DNA of 64,000 nucleotides from Nitrospirota bacterium (GTDB taxonomy: Bacteria; Nitrospirota; UBA9217): positions 33,675-97,674 of the forward strand of contig JBAZLV010000004.1 of assembly GCA_041650055.1 (NCBI GenBank). The letters run 5' to 3'. This document shows, in pieces, positions 9,601 to 18,168 of the stretch (position 1 is its first letter; each line of letters starts with the position of its first letter). The position numbers were made by a program, and so were the translations under genes. The notes beneath the pieces are model-generated. The model searched no databases and was not told where the DNA came from. It saw nothing but the letters and a program-made list of their open reading frames with translations.

Positions 9601-10983
9601 TCACTTCACAACAAAATCAAGACGCATTTCTTTTCCGGAATGTACATCTACCGTGCCAGAAGAAACTTCTCTGTCATTCCGAAGAACTGATACTTTGTAG
9701 GACCCCGGCGCAAGACCTTCGATCCTGTAGGAACCCTTGTCAATCGAGATACCGTAGCTTACCGTGCCTTCCCGGTAGAATACATCTCCATCATCAACCG
9801 GTTTGCCCGATGCATCGCGAACGTTTCCGAAAATGACCCCGCCCGGATTGAGCGCTGTATCAAATCGGTAAGTCCGGCCTTTTTCGATCTGAATTTCTCG
9901 TGATGATTTTGAGAACCCTTTGCCTTTCAGTTCAATACGGTGTTTCCCTGAATCGGAGACGGCAACCGAATACGTTCCATTTGCAAAAGAGTTGGGAGTT
10001 CCTTTGCCGTCTTTCCATACGACAACGGTTCCCTCGGGTACAAAATTCCCCGAAGTGTCTGTTACCTTTCCAGTAACAATAGCCGCGTATTGCCGGTCAT
10101 CCATTCTCCGGCCAAGCCGTTTTATCTTTGGGACCGGGAGAATGTCTGCCATTCGCGTTTTATCTTTATTCTCTACAATGGTATAAAACGTCGCCTTGTC
10201 GACATCAAGATAACCGCCGGAATAATATCCAGGCATGGTTTCTCCGTCCACTCGCAGAATGATATGAAAAGGATCGACAAAATTATGTGAATGCTCGGCA
10301 TCGGAAAACGTCCAGCCCAAATCAGGATAATATACTTCAAGATACGCATGAAATCCGCCATCATTTACCTTCACTCCCCAATACTCTTTCGAAAAACCCC
10401 ACTCATATCCCGGAGGCAGATATCCGTGTGCAACGCGCGCGGGAATTCCTGCTGCACGGATGAGCGCCACCGCAAGATTTGAATATCCCACACAATATGC
10501 TTTTTTATACTTGAGAGCTGAAACAGCATCTGCAGGAACCGTCAGGCTTGCATCAAAGGTCAGGGTATCGGCAATCCAGGAGAGGATGGAATTCACTGCT
10601 TCATGTGCATATCCGCTGCCTCGTGTAATCTCGGATGCCAGCCGGACAATTGACGGATGCTGTGACTGTCGGTCTTTTTCCGGAGCAAGGTACTGTGCAA
10701 GAGAAGAAGAAATCGATGCAGATTGAATCGGAAATTGAACCCGTGTTTTCAAAGGTGACATGCGGGAAGTTACGGTTACCCGCTTGCTGAATTCATCGAG
10801 GATAACGACTTTCTGTTCAAACGATTCATTCGAGTAATTCGGAATAAATGCGACCCCGCGAGGATTTACAATGTCATAGACAACCGTGTGCTCTCCTTCA
10901 AGCACAATCAACCCGGCCTCTGTAGCAGGGACAAGGAGAAGGATCAATAAAACGGTGAGCAATGATATGCGTAGAGGGTTCAT
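9601..10983 (-). CDS. Secreted transglutaminase-like cysteine protease-fold protein with C-terminal beta-sandwich (CarboxypepD_reg-like) repeats.
   Basis: Signal peptide 'LLTVLLILLLVPATEA'. Transglutaminase core 'KKAYCVGYSNLAVALIRAAGIPARVAHGY' (Cys nucleophile) with downstream His/Asp. C-terminal 'GTVVVWKDGKGT...SGKHRIELKG' repeats. Confidence 0.7.
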   Translation of the reverse strand: MNPLRISLLTVLLILLLVPATEAGLIVLEGEHTVVYDIVNPRGVAFIPNYSNESFEQKVVILDEFSKRVTVTSRMSPLKTRVQFPIQSASISSSLAQYLAPEKDRQSQHPSIVRLASEITRGSGYAHEAVNSILSWIADTLTFDASLTVPADAVSALKYKKAYCVGYSNLAVALIRAAGIPARVAHGYLPPGYEWGFSKEYWGVKVNDGGFHAYLEVYYPDLGWTFSDAEHSHNFVDPFHIILRVDGETMPGYYSGGYLDVDKATFYTIVENKDKTRMADILPVPKIKRLGRRMDDRQYAAIVTGKVTDTSGNFVPEGTVVVWKDGKGTPNSFANGTYSVAVSDSGKHRIELKGKGFSKSSREIQIEKGRTYRFDTALNPGGVIFGNVRDASGKPVDDGDVFYREGTVSYGISIDKGSYRIEGLAPGSYKVSVLRNDREVSSGTVDVHSGKEMRLDFVVK

Positions 10984-11032
10984 AAGAAGAAACCGCCGCT
11001 CCCCGAAAACAGGAGCGGCAATATCCAGATCA

Positions 11033-12187
11033 TTAGAATTTCAGTTGATCTTTGAATGCACGGATCGCGAGCAGCGCATCAGCGCCTGAGACGAAATCCA
11101 TTCCATGAAATTCACCGGTCGCTTTGTCAGCCTCCAGGAATCCGCGGGATGTGGTGACCATGATCGCATTGAATGCATAATGATCATTCCGGACTTCAGG
11201 GAACGGAGAAGTGGCTCCGAGAAACTTGGTGGCAAGCTTTTCATCACCCGTTACTTTGATCAGAAGGTCCTCAAGCATAAGCGCAAACTCAGTCTTGGTG
11301 ATGAGTTTATCCGGTTCAAATAAATGGTTGGGACCTGCTTCAAGTCCGCGAATCCTGAGATGCAGGACCGATTCGATGCTCGGCCTGAGCCAGTTGTCTG
11401 AAATGTCTGTTGCAGCCGGCATAGAAACGGTTTTATCCGGTGAAAACCGGTTGGTTGATTCCGTCGGCGGTTTAAATGCTGTATCGTAGACTTTGATCCC
11501 CCGCTTGGTAAACAGTTTTTCCAGATTCATTTCCTGATCAAACAAGGCTGCAACATCAGCGCGATCTATCTTCTGGATCAAGGCAATCTTTTTCCCGATC
11601 TCTGTGCCTGGCGCGGCTCGCTGAATTTTTTGAATCGTTGCCCATTCCGCATTTGCCTGTCCGGTAAATTCCTTGTTTATTTCCAGCACCTTCTTAAACA
11701 TACCCGCTGCCTTGTCAAAATCAAGAGCGGTCATATCAGCCATACCCATATAATAATGGAGCGGAGCGCTGTTCGGCTCTTTTTCGATTGCATTGGAAAA
11801 TTCGTTCTCAGCTTTTTTGAGCAGCGTGGCTGCTTTGGCTTGTTCCTTGCTCATCTGCATGGTAAACAGTCTGATCATTCCTATGCGGGATTCAATTCCC
11901 TGATCATACTGTTTCGCTTTGGACATTACTGCAAACGCCTGAGTAAAATCCGCTTCTTTGCCAAGAACCAGTCCTTTTCCGATATAACCAAGCGGCCCTG
12001 CAGGCGCAAGATCGATTGCACGGTTAAATTCACGATGCGCTTCAGCGAGCTGGTCTTTTTCCAGATATTTCAAACCCTGAGCATAATGGTATTCAGGAGT
12101 ATCCATAACTGAGGTAGAAGGAGCGGCCTTCTGACTGCATCCATAAGCTGCAAGCACAACCACTGCCAAAACTGCTATCAATCGTTT
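11033..12187 (-). CDS. TPR-repeat lipoprotein with a C-terminal SLH-like module.
   Basis: Lipobox 'LAAYGCS'. Multiple TPR-like helices ('YHYAQGLKYLEKDQLAEAHREFNRAIDL', 'HYYMGMADMTALDFDKAAGMFKKVLE'). The C-terminus ('DISDNWLRPSIESVLHLRIRGLE', '...VSGADALLAIRAFKD') resembles S-layer-homology repeats. Confidence 0.5.
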   Translation of the reverse strand, partial: KRLIAVLAVVVLAAYGCSQKAAPSTSVMDTPEYHYAQGLKYLEKDQLAEAHREFNRAIDLAPAGPLGYIGKGLVLGKEADFTQAFAVMSKAKQYDQGIESRIGMIRLFTMQMSKEQAKAATLLKKAENEFSNAIEKEPNSAPLHYYMGMADMTALDFDKAAGMFKKVLEINKEFTGQANAEWATIQKIQRAAPGTEIGKKIALIQKIDRADVAALFDQEMNLEKLFTKRGIKVYDTAFKPPTESTNRFSPDKTVSMPAATDISDNWLRPSIESVLHLRIRGLEAGPNHLFEPDKLITKTEFALMLEDLLIKVTGDEKLATKFLGATSPFPEVRNDHYAFNAIMVTTSRGFLEADKATGEFHGMDFVSGADALLAIRAFKDQLKF

Positions 12188-12245
12188 CATGGGTATCATC
12201 ATAAACCTCCGGGACCGTATAAGAATCTTCCTAAGAGTCTAAAAA

Positions 12246-13097
12246 CTAATCAACCAGAACAATCACTCTGCACTTTTCAAGCATGCTCATATTTTCAGAC
12301 GCACTTTGCAGCAAAGCAGCATCCGCATTGCTGATCACCATATCCACCCGTGAGTTGCCGGACACTTTCAATGCCTTAACCATGAGCGGCCTGTCCGCTA
12401 CGCGGGAATTCGTTTTTGCAGCAGCCGGATCCTTCAAATAACCGACCATCCCTTCTCGAATGGCAAAATCGCGATTGATCCATGCAGATCCGTACACTTC
12501 CTTTCCATCCTCATTCAAAATTTTCGGAGACATGGCAGGCCGTATGCCAAGCCCGCGTGCATCGACGATGAGACCCGTATAGAGCTGCCCGGGAATGCTC
12601 GACGTCGGGCTGCTCATAATTCCCTGACCGGTGGTTTTCGGCATAAGTGTTTCAGCCAAGGCTCCGGTCAGTTTCATTCCGACCGTTACTTCAACTGAAC
12701 CATCAGACATGTACTTCTTGTCCATGACTGTGGCTCCCTGGATAATGCCATTCACCTCGGTTTTGATCACGTCGCTCGAAACCATAAAATTCTCAATCGT
12801 GGTCGTTGCATCAACTCGTACTCCTTTGATCGCTTCAAGCAGATTCCGGTACGCAACAACCTGGGCCGCCCGTTCAGCCATGCCTCGTGCCTGAGCAGAA
12901 CTTGTCGGCTGGGAAGGCGGAGCACCGATCCCGACCGCGGTTACCACATTCGTCGTCCAATCAATCTTGCCTGAGGAACCGCTTGATTCAACAACATCCT
13001 TGATAGTGCCTGCAAGCTGTGCTGAAGCATCTGATCCCGTAAAGCAGATACAAGCACATACAATAAAAGCAATAACCACAGTTTTCCATACATTCAT
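12246..13097 (-). CDS. Secreted LPP20/FlgP-like protein, paralogue B. First gene of the cluster.
   Basis: Signal peptide 'VVIAFIVCACICFTGSDASA'. Aligns to the 8391-9473 product over both domains ('IDWTTNVVTAVGIGAPP...AQARGMAERAAQVVAYRNLLEAIKGVRVD...SDGSVEVTVGM', 'GLIVDARGLGIRPAMSPKIL'). Shares the C-terminal motif 'EKCRVIVLV'. Confidence 0.4.
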   Translation of the reverse strand: MNVWKTVVIAFIVCACICFTGSDASAQLAGTIKDVVESSGSSGKIDWTTNVVTAVGIGAPPSQPTSSAQARGMAERAAQVVAYRNLLEAIKGVRVDATTTIENFMVSSDVIKTEVNGIIQGATVMDKKYMSDGSVEVTVGMKLTGALAETLMPKTTGQGIMSSPTSSIPGQLYTGLIVDARGLGIRPAMSPKILNEDGKEVYGSAWINRDFAIREGMVGYLKDPAAAKTNSRVADRPLMVKALKVSGNSRVDMVISNADAALLQSASENMSMLEKCRVIVLVD

Positions 13098-13294
13098 TGC
13101 AATACCTCCTGATAGAGAAACTCGATCCGATTTGTTGATGTCATATGTTTTATTTAAAAAACTTTAATTTTCAAAGATATATGGCACAGATAATAGTAAG
13201 ATCGGAATAGAAGAATGGATTAACATGTGCAATAAACTATACCGAAGTCGATAAAAAATGTCAATGTAAGTAATGACAAAAATGAAGCAAAAAC

Positions 13295-14032
13295 TTAGAA
13301 TGCCCGTGCCAGGGTGCATGCAATCACCTGAGATGCTCCGGCTTTTTTCAACACGCGGCTGCATTCATTCATGGTAGCTCCGCTCGTAAACACATCATCG
13401 ATCAGGACCACGTTCTTTTCTGCTATGCGTCCAGGATAACGAAGATCAAACGCTCCTGCAACATTTTTGACCCGTTCTTCACCGCTCAGTTCAATCTGTG
13501 CTCGCGTCGGTCGTATCCTGAGAAGATTGTCATAGGAAAACGGGATCTCAAATGCCTTGTGTATTTCATAGACAAGAAGCAGTGATTGATTAAATCCTCT
13601 CTTCTTCAAGCGCATGACATACAGCGGAACAGGAATCAGAACATCGACGTTTGCGAGGAGGCGAATATGTTGTGCCATCCATTTGCCAAGCGGTTTTCCA
13701 AGCGCCCTGCATGGCCTGTATTTATATTGGTGAATTGCTTCACGAAGCGAACCCTCGAAATAACCAACTGCAAATGCCTGATCAAAATGAGGCGGGTGCA
13801 ATCTGCATACTCCGCAAATATGCTCTGGACTGTGACGTAACGTCTCTTCCGATTCAAACAGCCTTCCGCATCGCGCGCATGCCGGCCCTTCGATAAATGA
13901 AAAATCATTCCAACAGGAAGAACACAGGTAGGGAGTAGAAAAATCGTCAACGAGTGAATTACAGTGCGAACAGCGCGTGGGAAAAATGCTATTCAAGATA
14001 GAGTTGGAAAAAAGGATTATTCTGCTCATCAT
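13295..14032 (-). CDS. comF: ComF-family protein (phosphoribosyltransferase-like competence protein).
   Basis: N-terminal double zinc-finger 'CSHCNSL...CSSCW...CARCG...CGVC' plus a C-terminal PRTase motif 'VVLIDDVFTSGATM'. Confidence 0.7.
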   Translation of the reverse strand: MMSRIILFSNSILNSIFPTRCSHCNSLVDDFSTPYLCSSCWNDFSFIEGPACARCGRLFESEETLRHSPEHICGVCRLHPPHFDQAFAVGYFEGSLREAIHQYKYRPCRALGKPLGKWMAQHIRLLANVDVLIPVPLYVMRLKKRGFNQSLLLVYEIHKAFEIPFSYDNLLRIRPTRAQIELSGEERVKNVAGAFDLRYPGRIAEKNVVLIDDVFTSGATMNECSRVLKKAGASQVIACTLARAF

Positions 14033-14117
14033 AACAGGCTATTTCTCAATATGAAATAGACCGGCGAGCCGTATGCAAGCTCACCGGTCTCTGTAGTTGT
14101 TCACGTTTGCTTATTGC

Positions 14118-15185
14118 TTACTTTTTTCTCGGTCCGGCCAAAGGAGCTGCAAGGTCACGTTTTTGCTCTTTATTCAAAAGCTTCAACGTTTGCGGCCACT
14201 TTTCATCCAGGATCACTTCTTCTCCTGCTGGAATAAAATCTATATGAGAGGATAGTAAATGCCCGGAATTGCGATCTCGTTCATGTGCTTTTTGATTAAC
14301 CATCTTCTTTTCCGAATAGCTGACAAGACAAGCTGACTGCACGACCGACTGTCGGTTATGCTTGCGAGCGCCTGCATCAAAGAGTCCGCATTCAAATCGC
14401 TTTACGATAACGTTCGGGGAATCAAGCGGCACCGTAGTCAGTTTTTTTGCCCTGCTCTTAATCCCTTCGAGTGGCAATACCTTCTGAATCTTGCTGACTT
14501 GTTTATACTTCGGCCAGTCAAAATCAAATCCGAATGGTGTTCCCTCGTTATCAAACATGATGGCAATTTTGGAACCTGGACCAACAATGGATACATTATT
14601 TATCGTACGGGTAAACACAACGGTGTTTGCATACACTTTTTCTTCAGGCTTTGAAATTCCTTCTTTCGCTTCTGCAACGCCACCAATGGCATACTCAGTA
14701 AACGAAGGGACCAAATCCTCACCTTTATCTAACTGAATATATCGTGACAAATTCGCTTTGACAAATTGTCTTCCCAAAGTTTCAAGCCTCTCCTGGGAAA
14801 GACGTGATGATACCGGAAGACCGTTCTCCTTCTTGTTTTCCAAATACCCGTAATTACGGTAGCGAACACCACTCCCATCATTGCTTACATCGAGGAACCA
14901 GCCAGCGCCGACAATGGACACATGATTTCTTCTGGTTTTTCTCTCGATTTTTCCTGCTGTAGTAATCGGCGTCTTCGCCTTCTTGAATTGATCCAGGAGC
15001 GCCTTTGATACGGCTTCTTTCCCGGGACCAGGAACCCGTTCCAAAAGAGTCACTTCTTTTTGTCCGATCCCTTCTTTGTTCGATCGTTTTTCCAAATCAA
15101 TCCGCTGTTGAAAATCCGCAGCATTGGCAAATGAACAAAACAGAAGCGTCACCAGAAGCGCCGCTAATTTTTTTAACCTATTCAT
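14118..15185 (-). CDS. Secreted hypothetical protein.
   Basis: Signal peptide 'LAALLVTLLFCSFANA'. No recognisable motif. Strong ORF with GGAGGAAG RBS. Confidence 0.4.
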   Translation of the reverse strand: MNRLKKLAALLVTLLFCSFANAADFQQRIDLEKRSNKEGIGQKEVTLLERVPGPGKEAVSKALLDQFKKAKTPITTAGKIERKTRRNHVSIVGAGWFLDVSNDGSGVRYRNYGYLENKKENGLPVSSRLSQERLETLGRQFVKANLSRYIQLDKGEDLVPSFTEYAIGGVAEAKEGISKPEEKVYANTVVFTRTINNVSIVGPGSKIAIMFDNEGTPFGFDFDWPKYKQVSKIQKVLPLEGIKSRAKKLTTVPLDSPNVIVKRFECGLFDAGARKHNRQSVVQSACLVSYSEKKMVNQKAHERDRNSGHLLSSHIDFIPAGEEVILDEKWPQTLKLLNKEQKRDLAAPLAGPRKK

Positions 15186-15237
15186 ACTTCCTCCTATCCA
15201 AATATCAAGATCAATACCATGAAACGCATATCATGAC

Positions 15238-16041
15238 TTACAGATTATTCCAATACCAATAGCAGTAATAGCTAATACTTCCATCTCTAAGACGAGGATA
15301 GGACGGATAATTCTGCCACTTCATGGTATCCCGTCTGTTCCCACAATCAGCTGCACTTGATCCGGTGGCCATCACGGTAGCATCCTGTGACGTGGCCCAG
15401 TCAGAAACTCCATCTTTCCATGACCACTTGATACTATTCTTTTTCTGAAGATTGTCCGCGAAATCTTCACCAACTTCGTCAGTGGTAATGCCATCATACA
15501 GTTTGTCATGACTTCCTACCGCAATACGCAATCCGCCACGAAAAATCGATCCCATCCGTGTCCACATTTTTCCATCATTGAATTTCAGGGTCTCGCAGGA
15601 ATAAGTCGCCAAAATACTTAATCCATACGAATCATCTCCAAGACGCATTTGTGAAGAATTCGCGAGCATGTTTTGATCCCACATTGCCCAGACCGAAATA
15701 TCGCCCCATGCACCACCATGGGTACTTGCATAAAAGAGGTTCACATTATCAAGCGTTCCCGAGTCTCCTCCCTCTTCCCACCACCACTCGGCGCCATGCA
15801 GATTATAATAAAAAACCTTGGTATCCGTATCATCAAGTTCATTATTAAACCAACCGCATCGATTCCACGTATAATCAAGCGTTGTCTGCCAGCCGTTCTG
15901 ATACTCTTTCTGACAACCGGTTCCGAAACGTGCCTTTGCCCAGGCAGTATTAAAATCGGCAGCAACCATATAAAATGCAGCAATAATGATTAGTGTTAAT
16001 AGCTTTACAAACTTTTTACTTTTCATAGAAATCCTCCTCAA
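15238..16041 (-). CDS. Secreted Trp-rich hypothetical protein (speculative His/Cys dyad).
   Basis: Signal peptide 'LLTLIIIAAFYMVAADFNTAWA'. 'FYASTHGG' and 'ATYSCETL' about 40 aa apart, reminiscent of clan-CD His/Cys peptidase spacing; this is unverified. GGAGGA RBS. Confidence 0.4.
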   Translation of the reverse strand: MRRISMKSKKFVKLLTLIIIAAFYMVAADFNTAWAKARFGTGCQKEYQNGWQTTLDYTWNRCGWFNNELDDTDTKVFYYNLHGAEWWWEEGGDSGTLDNVNLFYASTHGGAWGDISVWAMWDQNMLANSSQMRLGDDSYGLSILATYSCETLKFNDGKMWTRMGSIFRGGLRIAVGSHDKLYDGITTDEVGEDFADNLQKKNSIKWSWKDGVSDWATSQDATVMATGSSAADCGNRRDTMKWQNYPSYPRLRDGSISYYCYWYWNNL

Positions 16042-16591
16042 TAAGATAAAATCACTGCTTAATATTGTTTCGGTAAATTGCCTCCTTTCTGGGAAATAGC
16101 AGATATCTGCATTAACCCTCCCTTCTCTCTTTGCCTATGCTAAAGCTCTATTTCGTATTTGGGGTGGTTTACAATGAGAAGTGAATAGTAGTTGCGTTTA
16201 GCAAGAATTAGCCTAAGCCGATCGATCAAGACGTAAAATACTCTCCAGTCATTCATTAATGTCACAAGTTGATAAATTTGTTTACTGAAGGATTAAAGCA
16301 ATAATTTATAACTATTACCGAAAAGAGCTGCACTGTCAATCACCATACATGGGTATTTTATGGGTATATAGAAAGTTGCATTGATTGTTTTTTCAAATAC
16401 TTGGTTGTTGTAGATATGAAAAAATGCGCACTTATAAATATAGGGGACTATAGGATGTCACGTCTTTTTCAGGATACAAACAGATGTCTGATAAGGATGC
16501 CTGATGGGAACTAACAATGCGTTAGAGTATTTTAGAGTATTCAAGTGTCAGAGGGATAGATGCAGAATATCCATTCTGAGTTCACAGTTCA

Positions 16592-16647
16592 GCGTCACCG
16601 AAATTTCTTTCTTTTGCAATATTTCTGTAACAGTCATACGATATAAA
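16592..16647 (+). promoter_or_regulatory. Tandem Pho boxes plus -10 region (psiE promoter).
   Basis: Four 7-mers at exact 11-bp spacing: GCGTCAC-cgaa-ATTTCTT-tctt-TTGCAAT-attt-CTGTAAC. TATAAA about 10 bp downstream. Near-identical copy upstream of pstS. Confidence 0.5.
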
Positions 16648-16694
16648 GATTCTGACAACAATAATAAGAAACGTTCCTGATAGAAAGGAATTCA

Positions 16695-17129
16695 GTGTAT
16701 TACTTTAATAAAATCGCAGACAGCTTAATCAAGCTCATGATTCCCCTGGTTGTCCTCGCCCTTATGATGGGAATTGCGCGGCTCGTTCTCGACTTGCGCA
16801 CGGTGTTCGGAAGCCAGACCATCGCGATAGCCTTTGATATGATGGTGACGAACATCCTTTCGATGTTTATTGTGATTGAACTGCTGCGGAGTGTCATGGA
16901 ATACTTTGCCGTGCATCGTCTGAAGATAACATTTATCATTGATGCCGCGCTGGTCTTTGTGCTCCGTGAAGTGATGGTAGAGCTCTATCGGCATTCGTTG
17001 CAAACAACCTCGATTTTAGCTCTTTCGGCTTTAATCCTCGTAATGGGCTGCCTCCGAACGCTTGCAGTCGTATTTTCACCTGAAAATTATCTGGAAAAGG
17101 AAGAAAAACAATATGGCGGACAGCGTTGA
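16695..17129 (+). CDS. psiE: Phosphate-starvation-inducible membrane protein, PsiE family.
   Basis: 144 aa, four hydrophobic segments, PsiE-like 'VIELLRSVMEYF...ITFIIDAALVFVLREVM'. Preceded by Pho boxes. Confidence 0.55.
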   Translation: MYYFNKIADSLIKLMIPLVVLALMMGIARLVLDLRTVFGSQTIAIAFDMMVTNILSMFIVIELLRSVMEYFAVHRLKITFIIDAALVFVLREVMVELYRHSLQTTSILALSALILVMGCLRTLAVVFSPENYLEKEEKQYGGQR

Positions 17130-17243
17130 CAAAAATCGGGCATCATTTGTAGCAGAAATTTTTTTACTGCTCGCTTTGATAGCTGGCATCCTCTTCCTGA
17201 TAGTATATTGGAAATAATGAAGAAATAATTTATACAGGAGTTT

Positions 17244-17876
17244 TCAACGCCGAACAATCAGCAACGTGCGCCGCTCGCCATTCTCTACCGCTCGTTGAAC
17301 CTGATCCCCGCACCCTTCACCATACACCTGCTCGATCGTTTCAATGAATCCGGGGCTCATCGTGCGAGAACCTGGCTCTTGCCGGACATTGCAGCTGAAC
17401 AGAAATGCATCATCGATCATTCCTAAAACCTCGTCACCGTCCGAGAAGTGCATGGGCCAGAGCATGCAAACCTTCGGCTTTACCTGTTCCAAAGGCAAAC
17501 CAAGAGTAAGAGCAACGGTGTGCAAGGAGCAATGGGTCCGGTGATCAGACCAATAGGCAAAGACACAGAGCCCATTCTCGTTTGTGTCAATTGAAAAAAG
17601 ACCCGGTTCCTCCTCTTCGAATACATTATCGTATCCTCCGATGGTCAGAAGATGAGGACAGAATTTGACAACCTCGGGCAGAACCTTAATGATTTTCTTT
17701 ATCTCTGCCGTGGTAACGCATACCTCATACGACGCGCAGCAGCATTTCTCTCCCTTGACGCAGCCGTTGCAGTGGTTCTCGAGCTGCAGGAGCGACTCAA
17801 TGTCAACATCTACGCTATTTCGTTGATGTTGGGGCAATTGCTTTTGACGATGCTTTTCAGGTCGGCTTGATTTCAT
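17244..17876 (-). CDS. Cys-cluster protein (YkgJ/UPF0153-like CxxC...CCC putative Fe-S/Zn-binding).
   Basis: 'CNGCVKGEKCCCASYEVC' motif. 210 aa. Divergent from pstS. Confidence 0.4.
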   Translation of the reverse strand: MKSSRPEKHRQKQLPQHQRNSVDVDIESLLQLENHCNGCVKGEKCCCASYEVCVTTAEIKKIIKVLPEVVKFCPHLLTIGGYDNVFEEEEPGLFSIDTNENGLCVFAYWSDHRTHCSLHTVALTLGLPLEQVKPKVCMLWPMHFSDGDEVLGMIDDAFLFSCNVRQEPGSRTMSPGFIETIEQVYGEGCGDQVQRAVENGERRTLLIVRR

Positions 17877-18077
17877 AGGACAGTAAGAAAGAGATCAAGA
17901 TAGAGTGAACATCAGCCATTCGTCGAGAAACGGTGTTTTTTTCAACTTCAGTTTCTCAATCGAGCGAGTTCAAGAGTATCATAAGTAAATTGGAAATTAA
18001 AGGGGGAAGTCATAAAGATGCCTGATGCAGGATGCCGGATACCGGATGGTAAAAAAAATCTGAGTTCATAGATTCAC

Positions 18078-18132
18078 TGTCACCGGAATTTCTTCCTCTT
18101 GTAATATTCCTGTAACATTTCCCTTGTATAAA
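18078..18132 (+). promoter_or_regulatory. Tandem Pho boxes plus -10 region (pstS promoter).
   Basis: CTGTCAC-cgga-ATTTCTT-cctc-TTGTAAT-attc-CTGTAAC with 11-bp periodicity, followed by TATAAA. Lies 37 bp upstream of the GGAGG RBS and ATG of pstS. Confidence 0.55.
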
Positions 18133-18168
18133 CAAACCATGATACTCTTATCTCAAGGAGGAACCAGA

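Noticed and set aside
13183-13200. TGGCAC-like sequence resembling a sigma-54 -24 element upstream of the lipoprotein cluster.
   Set aside because: It is on the plus strand, pointing away from the minus-strand operon, and lacks the -12 TTGC element.
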